The position numbers were made by a program, and so were the translations under genes. DNA of 64,000 nt from Fimicolochytrium jonesii (taxonomy: Eukaryota), in NCBI RefSeq assembly GCF_025526975.1, contig NW_026515693.1, positions 62,001 through 126,000 on the forward strand, in the 5' to 3' direction. The notes beneath the pieces are model-generated. The model had not been told where the DNA came from, did no database searches, and saw only the letters and a program-made list of their open reading frames with translations. Positions 49,407 to 60,004 of this stretch are shown here, piece by piece (position 1 is the first letter of the stretch; every line of letters begins with the position of its first letter).

Positions 49407-49858
49407 ATGCCCAACCATCCCACACCAGTGCAAAACGGTAAGATCGAGGTGGAAAACTTTTGTCCGGCGATCGTTTCCGGCCATAAGGTGCTGATCACTA
49501 CCGCCCTTCGCTCTCCTTCTCCCACACAAAGGCGATCTCGCAGTGAAAACGAAACCAGACGTTGACGCCCAAGCGCTAGCGCAGCGGCTTGGGCTCACCT
49601 ACATCGTAAGTCCTACTCGTTCCCTTCTCTCGTAGCCGAATATTCGTTCCCTCCCATCGCAACTCGACGCGTTTTGCAAACTGACGACTTGTTTCCTACG
49701 CACAACAGGGTCCGATAGGTGAACTCGAGAACCAGTTCATATTCCGGCCAAACGACACAAACGCCGCATCTGAGGTGCAGGAGCAACTGCAAGCGCAGCC
49801 TGAGGTGGAGAATGTGTCTATACAGGAAGCTAAGCGGAGGCTGTTCAAACGGAGTTGA
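49407..49858 (+). CDS. Small 3-exon gene (84 aa): stand-alone peptidase S8B (kexin/furin) pro-domain-like protein
   Basis: Exons 49407-49437, 49532-49605, 49709-49858; introns GTAAGA..CTGAT..AAG and GTAAGT..CTGAC..CAG. Spliced frame is open and ends PEVENVSIQEAKRRLFKRS*. Confidence 0.75.
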
Positions 49859-50365
49859 TATGCATGTCATTTCTCATGGGACGGCAGAACGGACTTGGAT
49901 TGTAATAGACAGCGGTTTGATAGTCCATGAGCAAAAGTCGCCGGCCCCATTCACCTCACACAACCAACCCAACAGCGCGAACACGACCATCACTCATCAG
50001 CCCAAGGAACTCGTCCACCCGGGAACCGATGTGTTTCCAGTGCCTTCCGACCACCCCCAATCCCACGAAGGACCAACTCCTATACCCATCCCGACCATAA
50101 TAGTCATCTGCCCTTCCAACATCCTTTCTCCATGTTCTTGTTCCCCATCACATCCCTTCATCTAGTCCCTCATAATACGACTAGTAACCAGGAAGCCCGC
50201 GATAGTCGGCGATCCTCACATGTTTATTTGCAACAGCTGATGATGAGATAAATAAGAATCTGTGCACACACGGCGTCGTCATATTTTGAATTACAAGCCA
50301 ATCCGTCTATACAGTGCGTCGGGGAATCGTAGTCGTGAGGTCGCCAAATTCGTCGACTCCAGCGC

Positions 50366-51289
50366 TTATTCCGCACCCCACTCGCCGGTGGAGGCAGCCC
50401 AGTCACCGGTTTGAGCAGAGGCGAGAGCAGCAACGTCAGCGACACCAGTTCCAGAGGCCTCCCACTCAAGGTTAGCGGGGGCGGCGGTGGTAGTCTCGGC
50501 TCCCCAGTCACCAGCGGCGGCCTCACCACCGAACTTCTCGGGGGCGGCGGCAGCAGCCTCAGCCTCCTTCTCAGCTTCTTCGGGGTCACGGTAGAAGAAC
50601 ATGTCAACCATAACGTCCCACTGGCTGGAGCGAGCGATGGTTCCACGGATGCGGAGGACCTCACGGGCCAACAACCAGTAAGCAAGACCAATGGCGTGCT
50701 TGGCCTTGTTGTTGGTGGGGATAGCAACGTCGACGTGCTTGAGGGGAGAGTCAGTGTCGCAGAAGGCAATGACGGGGATGTTGACGTACGAGGCCTCCTT
50801 GATGGCCTGGTGGTCGGTGCGGGGGTCGGTCACCAAAAGGACACGGGGTTCACGGAAAGTACGGGTGATATAGTTGGTGAAGGTACCGGGGGTGAAACGA
50901 CCGGCGATGGCCTGAGCGCCGGTGTACTGGGCGAACTTCAAGGCGGCACGCTGACCGTAAGGGCGGGCGGCGATCACACAGACGTCGGCGGGGTTCTCGA
51001 CGGCGGCGATGATACGGGCGGCGAAGACAAGCTTCTCCCAGGTCTTGCCAATGTTGATGATGTGGATACCGTCGTTACGGCGCTTCCACACGTAGGGGTT
51101 CATCTGGATGTCCAAGTTCTTGGTTCCGATGTGGGTCTAGTATACAGAGAGATCCCTCGTCAACTCCAAGTTCCAAATCCATCTTCCCCCACAATCGGGT
51201 ATGCGTCGTCGCAAAATAAGTACCTGGGCAGCCAACATGGACTGGACCTCCTGCTCGGTGGCATTGAGAACGGCGGGAACCTTGCTCAT
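50366..51289 (-). CDS. RPS0: 40S ribosomal protein uS2 (S0/SA), 278 aa
   Basis: Exon 51289..51224 (MSKVPAVL...MLAAQ), intron 51223..51137, exon 51136..50366 (THIGTKN...[10 protein letters not shown]...[18 protein letters not shown]). Likely 5'-UTR intron from GTAAGT at 51654. Confidence 0.98.
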
Positions 51290-51899
51290 GGTTGCAAATT
51301 GGCTCGTCAAACTGGAGAACTGTCGAAAGAGTAAGGGTACGACAGCGCTGGAACGGCGAAGAACGGAAACATAGAATTAGGAAATCCGGGTTCATAGTAA
51401 TCCTCTGCCGTTGCCGTTACTCCTCGCCTCCTCCTGCCCTCCTCTCTGCATCCTCCCTCTTATGTTCGGTTTCCATTTCGCAATTCGTCTCTGATCCTCC
51501 ATGACATGTTCATTCGTCATCCATCCATCCATCACCGCGGCACAAATTCATCCATCCATCCATCGATTCGTCGATTCGTCGCCCTACATGTCGGCCGTCG
51601 CCTGCTCTGTTGTCCTGCCTGTACCTCTGTCGTCGTCCGCCGCTGTATACTTACCAGGTGTTCGAATAGTAGCCTTGCTCGTTGCTAGTACCAATCCGAC
51701 GAAAGCGCGAACTCCAAACCCCAGTATCAACTGCACTCCCGTGCGTCCAAGCCATGTGCGCCTTTTAAACGCGTTTTAATCTCAACCCTTTGTTTGCTCT
51801 CGGGAACGCGATGGTCACCACTTTCGACTCGCAGCCTTTGAGGAGGTCGTTTTTCTCAACTTCCCAAAAGTACTAGCTATCGGCTACGACGCATTCAGT

Positions 51900-53144
51900 A
51901 TGACCGCTGTTACAGATACTGCACCAGCAGAGTCAGCAGGGTCTTCGTCCGAAACAATCTCGAAAACAAACGGTGCACCACCGCCAAGTGCAGCCGAGAG
52001 TCATGGTCTTTTCCAATTCACAGCTGAGGATGAATGGCTGCTATCCATAGTCGACGCTGAGGAGGTGGCGCCAAAGAAGCAGCGTCATTTCATCGACCGC
52101 GAGTACAGAATGCGGGCTACGTACGACGGGGTGAGTTATCTTTTCCGGAAGTTGTTGGTCCGAACTCCGCTCCGTTAGGGTGGGTGAAGGGTGGCCGTGC
52201 GGGCAAGGTCAAAGGGTCCGCAAAGTGAAAGTGAACGGGTCGCTAATAATTCTCCGCAGTGGTTTCAGCCTCAACCGAATGCGACGGGAGACCTTGCACC
52301 GGCGGTGACTGCTCTGTATAGCTTGAAGCTAGGACCCAATCAACTTATCAGTAGCATGGAGCACCACTACGTCGGTCAGAACTACTCTGCAGCGCTCGAA
52401 CTCGCTGAGATGTATCTGAAAATCAATCGGGGCGGAGATCTCGGGGACTCCAACAACACGGGGGACGCACGGCCATCCAGCTCATCATCAAAAACGAAAC
52501 CGCAAAGGAAACCTTTGAAAGAGACCGAGGTCCTGGAGATCGCCGGACGATGTCTGCTCAAATTGAACCGCGCCGCCGACGCCGCTGAAGCGACCCGGGG
52601 ACTGAACTTGTCGAAAGAACCAGGCCATCTGTTGTTTCGCGCAGAGGTGCTGATGCGCGCTGGTTCGGCGCCCGGCGAATGTGTGGATAGACTACGGGCG
52701 TATCTAGCCGCCCGGCCGGCGGATCCGCAGGCGTTTGTCGTGTTAAGTGGCATGTTGGAGGCGTGCGCGGCTGCGGCAGCGAAGCGGGAGGAAGGTGGTG
52801 GGAATGGGGCGGCTGTAGGATACCAGTGGGCGCAAAGAGCGATGAAACATGCCAGGCAATTGTACGAGCGCTCCCGACGGCCTGACACACCAGTAGCGCA
52901 ATTGCAGGCGCGCAACGGACTGCAACGACTGGACAAGGATATTGAGCGGTTGGGGGAGTGCATAAACGTGGAAGACGCGGTAGCAGATGTGGCCATAGGG
53001 ACTGAGGCTAGCAAGGCCTTTGGGTCGGTGTTCACGCAGGAGCAGCTCGATTGGATACGCGAGGTGATTTTCACGGAGAGTGAGGTTGCTGGCGAGGAAG
53101 CGGACGAACCGGAAGGCGGTGGGGTAAAGGGACTGTCGGGGTAG
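51900..53144 (+). CDS. Uncharacterised alpha-helical/TPR-like protein (~371 aa, 2 exons)
   Basis: Intron 52131-52259 (GTGAGT..GCTAAT..CAG) joins ORFs 51900 and 52191 in frame. TPR-like patterns (YSAALELAE; GRCLLKLNRAADA). Confidence 0.75.
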
Positions 53145-53396
53145 ATTTCGTCGTCATGGCAGGCAGTTATTTTGTAGATGGAGGTATCGAGCGTAGACAT
53201 GAGGGCACCAGCGCATCCACCGCACGTACATGGGTATATCACTTCTGCTTATGAATTACCATGGCCGATTTTTGGATTAGACCAGCAAAGACTTCATTTC
53301 TAAGATATGCGTATGGTAGCGCCTGGTCAAACCACTCGAGAGATAACAATCTCTCAACGCACAGCTGAGCTAGCTATAGGATAGAAGCTCATCCAT

Positions 53397-54157
53397 TCAC
53401 CATACGCCGATCCCAGCGCACGCCGTCATAATCTGCTCAAACATCGCTCTCTCCGCTGCTCCAATCCCACCCTCCTCATCGTCAAACTCCTCCCCGTCAG
53501 CCAAATCGTCCCCATCCTCCGCCGCTGCCGCCGGCAGCTTCTCCAACGCGATCCCCAACACTAACCCTCTCTTTTCCCCCGGCCGCGCTGCGCACATGCG
53601 TTGCAGGATATGCGATGCATACACCTGATGCAGCAGACCCTCGCCAGATGTCCGTGCGGTGCCCAGCAGTGGCCGCACGGAAACGCCGACCAGTGGTGGT
53701 GGCGGGAGGGGTTGTGTGGAAGCGGTTTCAGTGTAAGTTGGCCCGACGAAGGAGGCTTGCGTGCTGGTGGACGCAGAAAGGTTTGTCGTTGCCGTCGCTG
53801 CCGTCGTCGTGTCGCGAGTTGCTTCGAGCTGTGGAAAGGAGTGGTAATTTAGTGGGGGAGAGTTACCATCCTGTGTGCGATCATATCCGTTCACGAGTTG
53901 GAATTCTCTCCCTACGCCCCGTGCCTACTCACCAGACACCCAATAGTTCCGACCTGCGATATCGTTATCATAATCCTATTGGCAAACTGCGTGTGAATGA
54001 TGGTTGTCGGGATGCTGAGAAGGTTGGAAGGCTTTCCAGCTGGGACGGTGACATTAACCGTCGTTTGGACCGTTTTGGTGGGGAACGCTGGGGCAGTGGC
54101 GGCGGCTGCTGCTGCTTCCGACGCTGCCGACTGAGCCTCGGTATATTGATATGTCAT
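53397..54157 (-). CDS. PAC3: Proteasome assembly chaperone 3-like protein (~218 aa, 2 exons)
   Basis: Intron 53932..53829 (GTGAGT..CAG) is in frame; motifs FANRIMITISQVGTIGCL, VRPLLG, QVYASHI, LVLGIAL. Confidence 0.8.
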
Positions 54158-54652
54158 GGCTTGGGTGGTGTGCACCAGAATAATGCTGCGAGCGTATGGA
54201 ACCGAAATGGAGGGATCTGGACGTTGGCGCGTGGCTTGCTTCAAGTTGCTTGACACTTTCCAGCTGTCCAAGCTTTCAAGACTTTCAAGATGACGGCCAT
54301 CACAACTTCCGAACGGCAAATCTGCCTCCCGAGTCCCCAAGACACATCCGACTGTCTACTACGGCACCCACACTTCAGGTGGTACTACTGACCTCACGTC
54401 AGACTGTTATCCCCTGCAGCATGGGGCATCGCGCCACGTGTGGATACCGCAACGGCTGTACGAAGTTTGACGGCGGCACCCAGTATTGAACATCTGCTTA
54501 TGGATTGTTACAACTATAGGGCTAATGGGTATATAACTCTTCTGCATACTCTACACGAGGAGAAAAGGGAAAAGCTACCACAAGCTGTGAAGGATACTCC
54601 CCCGGTACACTAAGCATTCTAACCGTCCTATCCACGTGTCACCAAAACTCCA

Positions 54653-57600
54653 TCACTTTTTTTTCCTCCGCTTGCTCGACTTCTTCGGCACACCCATAGT
54701 CTGTCCTGCACCAGAGAGCCCTTCAACATTCACCGACTGACGCCTCCTCCGCAAACTCGACCGGTTGCCGTGACCGTGTCTCGGCGCCTGCGATGGCCCG
54801 CCACAGGGGTCCATATGGTCAGTCGCCATATCCAGCTCCGCGCCACTGCCGCCAGCATCCACTACCGCCATCCCTGTTCCAAGGGTCTGATTGAACGTGG
54901 CCTTTGCAGACTCCTTGATTGCCCCTTCAATCGCGAATCGACGTTCCGTGCGGCGGCGGAAGGCCGTTATGGGGATCTTGCGCCATCGGTCGGGGTCTGG
55001 GGCTGGAGCGGTGGATGCCGCGTCGGTCGACGATCCAGAAGATGCTCCTGGTGAGCCGCTTCCGTTCGTGGGTGTCGTGGCATCGGGATCGTTCATGAAC
55101 TGGTCGATGTCTAGGATGTCATCGAGCGACATGGACTCTGCGGACATCTTACGCTGCGACCTCTGGGAACGAACCGGCACCGGAGCGGGAATCGCGATTT
55201 TCGGAGCAGCTGTGGGGATCGGCGCCGGGCCCGTGGTCGCCATATTCCCTGCCTGAACCGCAGCAGGTTGGACCGCGTCGATGACCATGGGCGTTACGGA
55301 AGACGATGATGCGACCGCTGCAGGCGGCGCAACATGCTCTTGTTTCCGAGGTTGCTGAACTTGCAGACCTGCTGGATTTGCTAAAGCCTGCTGTACCAAC
55401 GCCGCAAATGCGGCCGTCGACGAAAACGATGCTGATGAACTGAAGTTGAGCGGTGCCGGGCTTGATTTCTGGCTGCCTGACAATCCTGTAGGCAACCCGT
55501 TTGGCGTGGCTGCCGGTCTTGGATTGGAGGGCGTGGAAGAATTGGTCGTGGGTGTCTGCGACTGGAAGCTGCTATTGGGAGTCGGGGCTGCTGGTTTCGG
55601 CGATATCGTTGGGGAATAGTTGAACTTGTGCAGACCCAGGACCGCTTCTGTGAGACTCGACGGAGAAGGGACACCAATACTTCCAGTTACCCCGTTGTAG
55701 GTGCTTGCATTCATCCCCATCGCAGGTTTGGATGCTAACGGCGTCTGACTCGGTGTTGATGACGCTGAAGAGCTCAGTGGGCTAGGCGCGAGCAACCTTG
55801 TCAGGTGCGATGCAGCAGGAGTTGGAGCGGTATATTTTCCCGCCGCCGCGGTCGAGTTCCCTGCTGCAGCTAGGCTATTGGCGACACTGGCAGCATAAGC
55901 CGCCGCAGCAGCAGCGACGTTCGGAGAACTGAAAATCCTCGTTAGCTCCTCGACTGTTTTCGGGAAATCGAACGGTAAGAGCGAAGGCATCGTCAGTGGG
56001 CCGGTTGTGGACAGCGGTTGCGTCACTGGAGTTGATGGTCTACTCATCGAAGCGGATGATGCAGTGGGAGTAGAAGTCGATGTCCTTGTTGCAGGTTTAT
56101 TCTGGTTGATCGCAGCGGCCGCGGCTGTGCTCGACGCCTGCGGATTGCTAGCAGCAGCGGCAGCCGCCCCTGCAAAGCCACGGCTAAACAAACCACCTTG
56201 CAAGATCGAATTCGTGGCAGCTGCCAGCGACGCCGAGGTTGTGTACGGAATAGACGTGGATGAAGGGGTGGTTCCGGATGTCGCGGATGGTTTGGACGCC
56301 GTGGCAGATGCGGCGGCCAGCGCGGCTTGAGCTGCCTTCATCTTGGCACTCAAAGCGACGCTCTCCATGAGCTTTTGCAGGTCTGCTTTCGACAAGGGCT
56401 TCGTAGCGGATGATGATGGTAAGGCAGCACCAGAAAGGCCAAGGGTGGGCCCTTTACTGGTCCCCGGCAGGGATGTTGACGTTACCGAGGTGCTGCTATT
56501 CGCGACGGAAAGTGGCCTGGGTATCGATGTTGCGGTTGTGAGTGATGATGGGGCAATGCTGGATGATGCGGGTACTGCAGTTGATGTGTGAGATTGCGTG
56601 TAGGTGGGTTGTGATATTGATGCGGAGGTGGATGCAAATGATGGTGTAATAGATGCGCTGCGATTTGAGTTTGTCATGGCAGACCAGATTGCAGCCGATA
56701 GGGCGGCAGAGGATGGAAGGGACGCAATTGGGGCTGCGGTGGACGGTGAAGCGGCTGGTGTGGCTTGCACGGCTGGAGCCAGAGCAACTTTTCCTGCCGG
56801 TTTCTTCACAGCCGTCAAAGGCTTCGACGAGGAACTGGCGTCGTTGGTTGCGGTTGCTGTGCCAGCGTCCGAAATGCTTGCCGTCCGGCTTACTGTTGCC
56901 GGCCGTTTCATAGTCATCGTGGGCTTCCGCTTCACCTTCCCACCGCCCGTTTTGACTGGCCCGCCTTTGTCATCCGGGGGATACGAGAAAACCATTGTCT
57001 TTGTCGTTGTGACGATCTCGCCATTGGCGTTGACGTCGTCTCTCTTGAAGTCGAATGAAATGGTTTTTGGTGCATTAGGATCTTCTGGTTGAGACGGCAA
57101 AGGTGGTGGGACTACTGTGACCGGCGTGGTGACAGTGGAGGTTGACGGTGCTGATGGTGCCGGCAACTGTTGCACGTTCAACAGGTCTGCGGCGGTCGCT
57201 TCGTGCTTGATCTGACTGATGTCGGACACCATATCCATGCCCTGTATTGCATTACCTTCGGTTTTGATAATGGTGGCATCACCAAAGAAGTCTAACTCGG
57301 GTGGTAACACGTCCCCCGTGAACATATCGGTGGTCGTCAGCACGCTCAAATCGTTCAGAGAGTCCAGATCGAGGTTGAAGTCGTTGAGCAGTTTGCTCAA
57401 GTCCAGGTCTGTAACCGTGTCGAGCACCAGATCCATCGGATCGTCCAACATCATCACCTCGTCTTCGAGAAGGGGAATGGCGCTCTCGGTTTTAACAGGA
57501 ACGTCGGTTGCGGATTCGTCCATAGCCGTCAATGAGGAGAACCGAGTGGCCACTAGATCGTCCACAAACATGCCGTCTGGTTCCATCTCGTTGAGCGCGC

Positions 57601-59014
57601 CGCCGGGTGGATCGCTGACTGTTTGAGGTTGTTCAGTTTCCTCGTCGTCGCTGTCTTCATCCGAGCCCGACGATTCGAACGATGAGGTGGATCCAGACGA
57701 TTCTTCGACATCGTGTTCGCTCTCTTCTTCATCTTCGTCATCGGAATCGCTCCATCCCAATAGTCTCTGGTCTGAACCCCATGGTATATGTTGCTCCGAC
57801 CCGGCGTCTCCGCCTTCACCGTCGCTATCGTCCCCATCGCCCAACATGTCGCCAAAATTCCCCGATGCGAGCTGTTCACTGTCGGCATCGGATTGCGTGG
57901 ATTCGCGACGTGCAAACACGGTACGGTCACCCTCTTCATCCGAGCTGAAGATATTCTCGTCGAAATCGAGCATAGAGTTCATCCTCGCCTCCCCAACTGG
58001 CATCTGCGGGATAGAAGCTACCACCACAGACGCTATTTCCGGACTCAAAACGCCTTTCCGTAACGAGTTCTTCTTTACGGGCTTTGCCTTCGCAGTGGCT
58101 TTTCCCTTCGCCTTGCCTTTGGCCTTCGCTACGGTCTTCGGAGGATCTTCAGGTAGATGTTCCCGTCCCTTTCCACCTTTCGCTTTGGATGCCGTTGCTG
58201 GTGGAGTGGGTATTACTGCAGCTGCCGGGGTAGATTTCGATGGGACCTTGCATGCAACCGCGGGAGGTAACGTCGCAGAAACTGTGGGAGCCTCTACGAC
58301 AGCTGGTGCACCATTGCAAGTACACTCTCCGTCGCAGAGCACGCAGATATCGTCTTCGGATAGCGCCGCACCTGCAGCGCCCATCGCCAGCACAGACTTT
58401 TGAGATTTCCCTGGTATTCCCTTGCGACCTTTCCCCGTAGTCTTCCCAGGTGTCTTCCCTACTAATGGCGTAGAATGCAGTTCCATGCTGTCGGATTCTT
58501 CTGGTGCTGGGACTTCGCATTCGGCACAGATGAACGTCTTTTTCTTCTTGGCGGATGCAGGCTTGATGCCAACACATTTTCCATGATACCATTCCATACA
58601 CCTATCGCAGGCTATCATGAACTGTTTGCCATCGTACTCAGTCCTGCATATGCAGTAGAGCTGCCCATCGGTATGCAAGGCGCCGCCGGATGCCTTCGAT
58701 TTGGCTTTCGTCGTTTTCGTCTTTGGTCCCGGTTTAGTCGATGATGCGGCGGCCCCGCGACCTTTTCCCGCATTTTTCTTTCCCTTTCCTGCCGTTTCGC
58801 TACTGGCGCCAATCGATGGTTTACTGTTGTGCGTGGCGCCGCGTTTTCCTTTTGCTGCGGCCTTGGTCTTCCTTGCAGCAGGTTTCTTTGGGGGAGAGGC
58901 CGACGAAGCGGAGGAGTCGCTCAAGTCCGACAAAGAGGATGCGTCCGAATCGAAGAGCTGTTGATTTGCAGGCATTTCGGACGACGTCCGCAAACTCGTT
59001 GGCGACCGTTGCAC
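54653..59014 (-). CDS. Large PHD-finger chromatin protein, largely low-complexity (first ATG at 58975)
   Basis: C4HC3 PHD YCICRTEYDGKQFMIACDRCMEWYHGKC...FICAEC; CVLCDGECTC cluster; acidic and Ser/Thr/Ala-rich regions; basic C-terminal NLS. Confidence 0.88.
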   Translation of the reverse strand: MQRSPTSLRTSSEMPANQQLFDSDASSLSDLSDSSASSASPPKKPAARKTKAAAKGKRGATHNSKPSIGASSETAGKGKKNAGKGRGAAASSTKPGPKTKTTKAKSKASGGALHTDGQLYCICRTEYDGKQFMIACDRCMEWYHGKCVGIKPASAKKKKTFICAECEVPAPEESDSMELHSTPLVGKTPGKTTGKGRKGIPGKSQKSVLAMGAAGAALSEDDICVLCDGECTCNGAPAVVEAPTVSATLPPAVACKVPSKSTPAAAVIPTPPATASKAKGGKGREHLPEDPPKTVAKAKGKAKGKATAKAKPVKKNSLRKGVLSPEIASVVVASIPQMPVGEARMNSMLDFDENIFSSDEEGDRTVFARRESTQSDADSEQLASGNFGDMLGDGDDSDGEGGDAGSEQHIPWGSDQRLLGWSDSDDEDEEESEHDVEESSGSTSSFESSGSDEDSDDEETEQPQTVSDPPGGALNEMEPDGMFVDDLVATRFSSLTAMDESATDVPVKTESAIPLLEDEVMMLDDPMDLVLDTVTDLDLSKLLNDFNLDLDSLNDLSVLTTTDMFTGDVLPPELDFFGDATIIKTEGNAIQGMDMVSDISQIKHEATAADLLNVQQLPAPSAPSTSTVTTPVTVVPPPLPSQPEDPNAPKTISFDFKRDDVNANGEIVTTTKTMVFSYPPDDKGGPVKTGGGKVKRKPTMTMKRPATVSRTASISDAGTATATNDASSSSKPLTAVKKPAGKVALAPAVQATPAASPSTAAPIASLPSSAALSAAIWSAMTNSNRSASITPSFASTSASISQPTYTQSHTSTAVPASSSIAPSSLTTATSIPRPLSVANSSTSVTSTSLPGTSKGPTLGLSGAALPSSSATKPLSKADLQKLMESVALSAKMKAAQAALAAASATASKPSATSGTTPSSTSIPYTTSASLAAATNSILQGGLFSRGFAGAAAAAASNPQASSTAAAAAINQNKPATRTSTSTPTASSASMSRPSTPVTQPLSTTGPLTMPSLLPFDFPKTVEELTRIFSSPNVAAAAAAYAASVANSLAAAGNSTAAAGKYTAPTPAASHLTRLLAPSPLSSSASSTPSQTPLASKPAMGMNASTYNGVTGSIGVPSPSSLTEAVLGLHKFNYSPTISPKPAAPTPNSSFQSQTPTTNSSTPSNPRPAATPNGLPTGLSGSQKSSPAPLNFSSSASFSSTAAFAALVQQALANPAGLQVQQPRKQEHVAPPAAVASSSSVTPMVIDAVQPAAVQAGNMATTGPAPIPTAAPKIAIPAPVPVRSQRSQRKMSAESMSLDDILDIDQFMNDPDATTPTNGSGSPGASSGSSTDAASTAPAPDPDRWRKIPITAFRRRTERRFAIEGAIKESAKATFNQTLGTGMAVVDAGGSGAELDMATDHMDPCGGPSQAPRHGHGNRSSLRRRRQSVNVEGLSGAGQTMGVPKKSSKRRKKK

Positions 59015-60004
59015 AAGTACGGGACCGTTGTTTTAACCCTAAGCCACGTAACAAGGCCAACCAAGCTCTCTGCTATCACTGTCTGAAGGCAATTGAAAGG
59101 TCCCTATGTCCCGCGTTTTTACAAGACTGCCAGACGTAGGTTTGTCAAGCTGTGAAGCGTGGGTCCTGTCAGGAAGGGTTCCTGTTTGCGTATGGTACTA
59201 GAACTATCTCTTCTAAAAGTGTCTGTGGGAAAGAACCTTGCTGCAAATTGCGTTTACCGAGGGTGCTAATAACCGAGTGTAATATGGGAGCGTATGGCGT
59301 CCTTAGGAAGTCCCAGTGGACAGATTTGTCAATCTCCCGTCTTCACTAAGAGGACGAGTTTCCCTAAGGCGCCTCACGAACGCGGCGGCACCGGAAGACC
59401 GGTTCCGAAAATCATCACTCGCTCCAGTTGGTTGGCTGCCCAAACTGCCCAACACCGCGGACGCCGGCAATTCCCGGCTTCTGCAAGTTGTAACTAAATC
59501 CGTGGTCCGTCCGTGCGTCTTCTGGCCATTGTAAGTTACTGTATAACCATAGGACGTACGAGTCGGTATACGATCACTTCATGTGTCGTAAAGTAGGACA
59601 TTCCATGTCCTCTAGCGCAAGCAAACTGCTGCGTTGCAATGCGTTCCACATCGACCTCTCGACAGCCCGATGCTGAGCCCGATGGAGTAGTACTGTATAC
59701 AGTTTGTGGATCGCGGAGGTGTTGAACTTTCAGACGGGTGGCCACAGGAATGACGGGTCGCGTCTAACATGTGCAGGCAAACGCTGAGCTCGCCATCAGA
59801 AGAGCACGGCTCGTCCCTTGTCCGAACACTTTCGCGCGGGCATCGTTGACCAGGCAGGCCTGCACATTCACATGCACATGCAGGCGAAGCTTCCACGCCA
59901 TCATCACTCACCGACGTCGCCTTGAAAGGCTCTCCTTGCTAAATTCGGGAGGGCAGCAGAACTCTACACAGCACCTTAGCGAAATCTTGACACACCACCC
60001 AGTC

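Noticed and set aside
49200..49900. Hairpin-rich stretch first considered as a structured ncRNA (SRP, RNase P/MRP, snRNA or telomerase RNA)
   Set aside because: No complete conserved boxes or template; canonical introns and an open spliced frame explain the region as a protein-coding gene.
51320..51654. snoRNA in the RPS0 5'-UTR intron
   Set aside because: No convincing C/D or H/ACA box pair; mostly GATG and purine-rich low-complexity sequence.
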